The notes beneath the pieces were generated by a model. The model made no database searches, was not told the DNA's origin, and worked only from the letters and a program-made list of their open reading frames with translations. This document shows positions 58,645 through 64,000 of a stretch of DNA of 64,000 nt, piece by piece (positions within the stretch are counted from its first letter, which is position 1; every line of letters begins with the position of its first letter). Position numbers and translations under genes: made by a program. The stretch comes from Truepera sp. (GTDB taxonomy: Bacteria; Deinococcota; Deinococci; Deinococcales; Trueperaceae): NCBI GenBank assembly GCA_965218435.1, contig CBDCKW010000009.1, positions 3,040,001-3,104,000 of the forward strand. Direction: 5' to 3'.

Positions 58645-59094
58645 CGACGTTTCATCCACCTCGCGCTCTTCCGAAGCGCAAATCAGCCGTGCGTCTACGC
58701 CGTAACGCGTCCGCATCATCATCACGACACTTTCAATCGGAGCCTGCGTGCGGGTTAAAAAGTCACCGTTTAAGTAGACCTCTTTGTCCATTAGCAGTTC
58801 GGGGGCCGCTAAACTAAACGAGTCGTTGAGCTGCTCGAGCGCCCCTTGCGCTCTGGCCACCACATCGCTCAGGTCACGGTGGAGTGAAAAAAACGAGATG
58901 ATGCGTTCACGCTCAATCTCGGTCATATATTTCGCCGAGTACGAACCGGTCAATTGATGCAACAACTTTTGGTACTGCGTCGGGGTAAGTTCTAGTTCGT
59001 CGCGGAGCGCGTGAATCGCCTGAAGCTGCGCTAAATAGTGTGGATAGTCTTGTTTGAGGCCACGGGGCGGGTGGTCTTGGAGGATCTGTTCCAT
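58621..59094 (-). CDS. Protein with N-terminal phage Mu GemA/Gp16 (DUF1018)-like domain
   Basis: L..IH.L..EL.L....Y..LL..LTG..SAK.MT..E...II pattern; TATACT-N6-ATG start. Confidence 0.62.
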   Translation of the reverse strand: MEQILQDHPPRGLKQDYPHYLAQLQAIHALRDELELTPTQYQKLLHQLTGSYSAKYMTEIERERIISFFSLHRDLSDVVARAQGALEQLNDSFSLAAPELLMDKEVYLNGDFLTRTQAPIESVVMMMRTRYGVDARLICASEEREVDETSLKLEFVA

Positions 59095-59272
59095 AGCAAA
59101 AGTATACCAGATAGTACCTTAATTGTTAAGGTACAAGCGACATTTCGACGCCCGGCTCAGGTCATGAATTTCTCCTTCAGCACAGGGTTTCTAGTTTTTT
59201 CACAGCAGGAAATCATAACGCTGCTCGAGCTTTTGTAACGCTGGGCTTCGTTATGGTAAACAGCAGCAAAGC

Positions 59273-59476
59273 CTACAGGTTCCGCTTCCTTTGTTCAGTG
59301 ATCTGCTCACCGGCGAGACCCCAATTGTCCGTATCAACTTCATCAATTACGACTACGGTCGTTGCCGGATTCTTGCCGAGAACCTCCTGGAGTAACCTGG
59401 TTGCCCCTTTGATAAGCTGAGCTTTTTGCGCTTTCGTCGCACCCTCGCGGGTGATCTTTATGTTTACATAAGGCAT
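59273..59476 (-). CDS. 4-oxalocrotonate tautomerase family protein
   Basis: N-terminal Pro (MPYVNIK), QK..LI...T..L..VL.K, V.IDEV...NWG.AG; CAGGAG SD. Confidence 0.93.
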   Translation of the reverse strand: MPYVNIKITREGATKAQKAQLIKGATRLLQEVLGKNPATTVVVIDEVDTDNWGLAGEQITEQRKRNL

Positions 59477-59560
59477 CAAATCTCCTGATAAAGCGTTGTG
59501 ACAACGGCGAACGAACCTAACAGCCCAAGAAGTTGTCCGCCATTGTCTGCAACCTTGGGC

Positions 59561-62026
59561 TCAGCTGCCTTTACCAACCCGCTCCGTCCAGGTTTCTGAA
59601 AGCGTCAACTTCACATGGCTCCGAATATCATCCGACGACGCGCCGATTAAGACCCTAAACTCGCCCGCTTCGGCAACCCAAGCATTTTGCTGCTCATCGA
59701 AGTAAGCCAGCGCCCGCATGTTGAGGCTGAACTCAGCCGTTTTAGTTTCGCCAGGTTCTAACGCTACTTTTACAAATCCTTTTAACTCTTTTTCGGGGCG
59801 CTCCACGCTCGCTTCAGCGTCGCGCACGTAAAGCTGCACAACTTCTTGCCCCGCCCGGTCGCCACTATTGGTTATCGAAAGGCCGACTTTTACGGTTCCA
59901 CCTGCTGCAACTTCACCCGCTGAAAGCGTTATGTCACCATAGTCAAACGTCGTATACGACAAGCCAAAACCAAACGGAAAAAGCGGTTTGATCCCTTCAC
60001 GTTCAAAGTAGCGGTAGCCGATAAACACGTCTTCGCGGTAGAAAACCTGACCGTCTTCACCCGGATAGGTTGACGTATCGCCGTCCATCACCGGCGAGTC
60101 AGAAAGCTGCGCAGGAAACGTCTGCGGCAGTTTGCCCGACGGGTTGACGTTACCTAAAAGCACATCCGCCGCCGCATTACCGCACTCCTGACCGGGATAC
60201 CAGAGCTGAAGTGCGGCGGCTACGTCATCCAGCCACGGCATCGTCACCGGGGAGCCGGTTTGGAGCAGCACAATAGTATGGGGGTTGGCCGCTGCTACAC
60301 GGCTGACGAGTTCGTTTTGCTGCCCGACCAATTCCATATCGGCGCGGTCGTTGCCTTCGGTTTCCCACTCGCCGTTAAGCCCGACACAGACAATCGCCAC
60401 GTCCGAATCGGCAGCCAACGCCGCGGCGCGGTCTAGTGCGTCGTCCGGCAAAGGCTGAAACATCCCGACCCGAACGGCGGCCAGCTCGAGCCCCTCCGCT
60501 GCTTTAGGACCGTACTCGAGCCTCACTTCATGCGTTCCGGCGTCTAAATGGACGCTCTCCAACTTGACTTCACTGCCCGCGCCGAAAAAGAGGTCGCCCT
60601 GAGCCCAGTCGTTCCAGTTGTCTAGCAGCAGGTCATCATCTATAAAAAGACGGCTCAGCCCCGCACTGATGAGGTCAAACTCATGCTCGCCCGCCTCAGC
60701 TACCGTGATGGTTCCGGTCAACCGCGCTGAAAACCCAGACTCGACCCCATGCCCGACCGTATCGAGCCACATCAGCTGACCATCTGGGTTGGTCGCCTCG
60801 TGGACCACTTCGCCGGAAAGGTCAGGCGCGTTGAAATACTCGACCTTGAGCGGCCCGTCCAGCTGCTCACTCAGGAGCGGCAACCACTTGTGGTTGGTAC
60901 ACCCGAGTTCATAGCCGAGTTCTACCTTTTCCAACTCCTCTTTGAGGCCATCAAACGGTGAGACTCGGTAAAACGCGTTGACCTGGGCGCTCCCGCCCCC
61001 CATAATCTGTGCGACACGCGCGTTCGGCCCGATGATGGCAACCTTTTTAAGCGCACCTTTATCGAGCGGTAAGACGCCACGGTTTTTAAGCAAGACCGCG
61101 CCTTCGGCCCCAGCCCGCCGAATCAGCGCCCGGTGTTCGGGTTTGTCCTCAGCTTTTTCTTCGGGGATGTCGGGGGTTTCAAACGCGCCGACGCGCCGGA
61201 ACAGCTCCAAAAGCCGCTCGGCACTCTTCTCAACGGCTTCGGGGTCAGCTGAGCCGTTTTCAACCGCTTCTAAAAGCTTTTCACCCCGGAACTTCGCCGG
61301 GCCGGGCATCTCGAGGTCTAACCCTGCGTTGACCGACGGCGCAGTCGAGTGCGTCGCAAACCAGTCCGACATCACCAACCCGTCAAAGCCCCATTCATCC
61401 CGTAAAATCTCGGTTAAGAGCCGTTTATGTTCGCTCGTATACGTCCCGTTCAGTTTGTTGTACGAACACATCACCGCCCACACGCCCGCCCTGACCGCTG
61501 CCTCGAACGGCAGCAAGTAGAGCTCACGGAGCGCCCGTTCGGAAATCTCGGAGCTCATCGTCATCCGCTCGAACTCGGACTCGTTACCGACAAAGTGCTT
61601 GAGGGTCGCGCTTACGCCCCTACTCTGTAACCCAGTGACATACGCCACCCCGAGCCACGCCGTCAAAAAGGGGTCTTCGGAGTAGCACTCGAAGTTGCGC
61701 CCGTTGAGCACACCCCGGTGCAGATTGACCGTCGGAGCCAGCAAGACCTTCGCCCCTTTGGAGTGCGCTTCTTCTGCTAACGCCTGCCCGACCTCGCCTA
61801 TAAGCGCCGTATCCCACGTAGCTGCGAGCGCAATTCCTGCCGGAAAACACGCCGCTTTGACCCCGCCGACAAGCGCCCCGCCGCCCCGCGCTCCGTTCGG
61901 CCCGTCTGAAACCTTGACTGCCGGAACGCCTGCACGGGGCACCGGAACCGTAAGCCAAAATGACTCCCCTGCTAACAGTGAAACCTGTTCTTCTAAGCTG
62001 AGCGCCTCGAGTGCTGCTCTGTCCAT
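59561..62026 (-). CDS. GH3 beta-glucosidase with PA14 and Fn3-like domains
   Basis: SDGPNG.RG, GRNFEC.SEDP, KHF, VMSDW nucleophile, ETEG.DR acid/base, PA14 insert, YVRD...RP.KELKGF. Confidence 0.95.
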   Translation of the reverse strand: MDRAALEALSLEEQVSLLAGESFWLTVPVPRAGVPAVKVSDGPNGARGGGALVGGVKAACFPAGIALAATWDTALIGEVGQALAEEAHSKGAKVLLAPTVNLHRGVLNGRNFECYSEDPFLTAWLGVAYVTGLQSRGVSATLKHFVGNESEFERMTMSSEISERALRELYLLPFEAAVRAGVWAVMCSYNKLNGTYTSEHKRLLTEILRDEWGFDGLVMSDWFATHSTAPSVNAGLDLEMPGPAKFRGEKLLEAVENGSADPEAVEKSAERLLELFRRVGAFETPDIPEEKAEDKPEHRALIRRAGAEGAVLLKNRGVLPLDKGALKKVAIIGPNARVAQIMGGGSAQVNAFYRVSPFDGLKEELEKVELGYELGCTNHKWLPLLSEQLDGPLKVEYFNAPDLSGEVVHEATNPDGQLMWLDTVGHGVESGFSARLTGTITVAEAGEHEFDLISAGLSRLFIDDDLLLDNWNDWAQGDLFFGAGSEVKLESVHLDAGTHEVRLEYGPKAAEGLELAAVRVGMFQPLPDDALDRAAALAADSDVAIVCVGLNGEWETEGNDRADMELVGQQNELVSRVAAANPHTIVLLQTGSPVTMPWLDDVAAALQLWYPGQECGNAAADVLLGNVNPSGKLPQTFPAQLSDSPVMDGDTSTYPGEDGQVFYREDVFIGYRYFEREGIKPLFPFGFGLSYTTFDYGDITLSAGEVAAGGTVKVGLSITNSGDRAGQEVVQLYVRDAEASVERPEKELKGFVKVALEPGETKTAEFSLNMRALAYFDEQQNAWVAEAGEFRVLIGASSDDIRSHVKLTLSETWTERVGKGS

Positions 62027-62176
62027 CTCTACCTCTTTCTAGCTTTTTTATACGCGCTGCTGCGCCGTGCTGAGACCATTTTACGGGGTAGAAAGGGCAA
62101 TGAGAAAACAGCCTCGGTCTTGGGCACAACTAAGAATGACAGACGCCTTTCAGCACAAGCGTTTATGTAACATTAT

Positions 62177-62216
62177 TTGACACGCAAGCAGGTTTCGGTT
62201 ATGCTCGCTGTAACAT
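62177..62216 (+). promoter_or_regulatory. Sigma-A promoter flanked by TGTAACAT repeats
   Basis: TTGACA(62177)-N17-TATGCT(62200); TGTAACAT at 62166 and 62209. Confidence 0.6.
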
Positions 62217-62223
62217 ATGGTTG

Positions 62224-62460
62224 ATGACACCGGTTTACTTTCCCGAGAGATTCAGAGGGCTTTCCGCAGCTCAGCGGCTCGTCTGGTTTTATATCCGCGA
62301 TTCGGGTGCAGCAAAGTACAGCTCGAGGTCACTCGCCCAAGCCTTGGAACTCAGCCCACATACCGCAGCAACCGCACTAAGAGTGCTCAAAGCGCGAGCG
62401 TTACTCTACGAATTGACCCCTGCCAGCGGACAACGCAGCGCGACCCTCAAGGCACGTTAA
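62224..62460 (+). CDS. Small winged-helix DNA-binding protein
   Basis: LS..QRLV...I......S.R.LA.AL.LS..T...AL..L....LL HTH pattern. Confidence 0.72.
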   Translation: MTPVYFPERFRGLSAAQRLVWFYIRDSGAAKYSSRSLAQALELSPHTAATALRVLKARALLYELTPASGQRSATLKAR

Positions 62461-62557
62461 CGAATAAGAACGCCCTCTATGGCATCTTTCAAAAAAGGCT
62501 TCATAAAGCTGACAAATTGATCAATAATTGGGTATGGCCTATCCTAAAATTGACCCA

Positions 62558-62929
62558 GTGATGCTAAATGATGAAGATGGCTACTGGTTAGCAAGCTATA
62601 ATTGGGACACCCGAAAACTTACCGTAGTTGGCTATCACTTTTGGCCGTGTGGGTCAGACAGGATGACAAACGCCGCGCAGAAAGTCGTTTGTTTTTTACG
62701 TGCGTCAGGTTTGACTTGTGAAGGATATTGGGAAGGTTTTGTCGGCGATATGGTGTGCGACCGCTGGAACGCCGACGATGACCTGCAAGACGCCGACGGC
62801 AACCAACTAGAAGATGCCGAGGGAGTTGCGCTAGATAGACTTATAGCTGAAAACCCCAATTTTTTACAAGAGTTGCCGTGGGGCGGGTTTGTACGACTTG
62901 ATTGGTGGGATGAGAAGGAAACGTCCTAA
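62558..62929 (+). CDS. Hypothetical Trp/Asp-rich protein
   Basis: TAAAAT-N7-GTG start; no family recognised. Confidence 0.55.
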   Translation: MMLNDEDGYWLASYNWDTRKLTVVGYHFWPCGSDRMTNAAQKVVCFLRASGLTCEGYWEGFVGDMVCDRWNADDDLQDADGNQLEDAEGVALDRLIAENPNFLQELPWGGFVRLDWWDEKETS

Positions 62930-62982
62930 TTCAGCTACTTTCCCTGATAGTCTAAACCAGAGGTTCAAGAACAGGGGAAGCG

Positions 62983-63723
62983 ATGGCAAAAACGCAAGGC
63001 GACGCAGTTGAAGAAGTAATGCGTGCGAACAAGGGCTACGCAACGCTCGGCTATCTGTATCAGAACGCGCTTAAGATTCCTCAAGTGAAGTGGGGAACGA
63101 AAACACCTCACGAATCTATCAGGCGTATTTTACAAACAGATGTTCAAGAACGATTTTTCAAAATTGAACCGGGATTGTGGGCGCTCGAGGAATACCGCGA
63201 CAAGATTTCTTTTCTGAAAGAGGCAAACGAAGACGCACCTGAACCACAGAAAGAAAAATTTACTCACGGCTATTTTCAAGGACTGCTCATCGAGATGGGC
63301 AATCTTCAGCAGTTCACAACATACGTCCCTCCCCAAGACAAAAATCGGACATTTTTAGAAAAGTCGTTAGGTACGATTACAACAGCCCCGACACTGTATC
63401 CGTTTTCTCACGACAAGATTATCAGATTTGCAAAAACGGTTGACGTTGTTTGGTTCAACGAGCGCAACATGCCAAATGCGTTTATCGAAGTTGAACACAC
63501 TACCGACATCTACAATTCACTTAGAAAATTTGTCGAGCTACAAGATTTTTATGCAGACTTTGCCATCGTCGCACCTGAGTCTCGTAAAGAAGAGTTTGAA
63601 GATAAAAGGGACGCCACTTCATACCGTGAAATGCGCGATAGGGTCAAGTTTTGGAGCTACGAATACGTTTCCAAACGTCACACCAATCTTGCTGAATCAG
63701 CTGCACTCAACTATTCATTGTAA
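62983..63723 (+). CDS. HARE-HTH plus PD-(D/E)XK restriction-endonuclease-like protein
   Basis: W.TKTP..SIRRI.Q...F.KI.PGLW HTH; VDVVWF.....AFIEVEHT nuclease core; adjacent to a methyltransferase; AT-rich. Confidence 0.78.
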   Translation: MAKTQGDAVEEVMRANKGYATLGYLYQNALKIPQVKWGTKTPHESIRRILQTDVQERFFKIEPGLWALEEYRDKISFLKEANEDAPEPQKEKFTHGYFQGLLIEMGNLQQFTTYVPPQDKNRTFLEKSLGTITTAPTLYPFSHDKIIRFAKTVDVVWFNERNMPNAFIEVEHTTDIYNSLRKFVELQDFYADFAIVAPESRKEEFEDKRDATSYREMRDRVKFWSYEYVSKRHTNLAESAALNYSL

Positions 63724-63740
63724 ATACGGCGAAGAACCAG

Positions 63741-64000
63741 AACAACCTCGGTTTCGATGTCAACCCAAAAGCTGTTGACCTTACCAGCACGCGCATCTCT
63801 TTTTCTGTTGACAACGGCCCGCAGCAAAGCGCCCAGCTCGGTAACGTGCGAAACTTAGACTTGGCGGATAACTCTGTAGACCTTATCTTGACGCATCCGC
63901 CGTATGCCAACATCGTCAAGTATTCAGATGGTAAAAACCCGGCTGACCTCTCGAGCATTCCCAACTTGCCTAAGTTCTTGGACGAACTCGAGCTAGGTAT
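63741..64000 (+). pseudogene. Amino (N4C/N6A) DNA methyltransferase lacking its N-terminus; runs off the window
   Basis: Frame reads NNLGFDVNP...GNVRNL....NSVDLILTHPPYANIVKYS. An in-frame stop at 63693 and no start codon or DP..G.GT motif I precede it. Confidence 0.72.

Overview
Bacterial chromosomal segment of roughly 55-60% GC, estimated by eye. It is most likely Deinococcota (Truepera-like), inferred from the HU sequence, the 'MKK...AQ' signal peptides, a TPR-GGDEF protein and many leaderless TAnnnT-N6/7-ATG starts. Housekeeping and metabolic genes include uvrA, hup, plsC, glpD, ndh, suhB, sdaAA/AB, tRNA-Ile2, two heterodimeric ABC exporters, a GH3 glucosidase and two P450s. The strongest candidate for an undescribed system is at 18.7-22.8 kb: a small membrane leader protein with a His-rich HQH..HTH site and a C-terminal RAPP ribosome-arrest motif, then a 231-nt structured C-rich spacer, then a copC-copD-mbnP-mbnH operon with no TonB receptor or methanobactin genes. 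This would be a His-type counterpart of the CxxC/RAPP copper-sensing leaders (CruR/CutF, DUF2946). Other leads are an SDR/QueA-paralog/NTF2 operon with a Cys-bearing AirS/YhcY-like GAF kinase, a DEDD exonuclease-WYL fusion, a ~115-130 bp MITE family, strong CTCGAG over-representation, an orphan Mu GemA-like gene, a decaying redox island, and a restriction-like locus with an N-terminally truncated methyltransferase. All family assignments come from motif recognition by eye, with no database searches.
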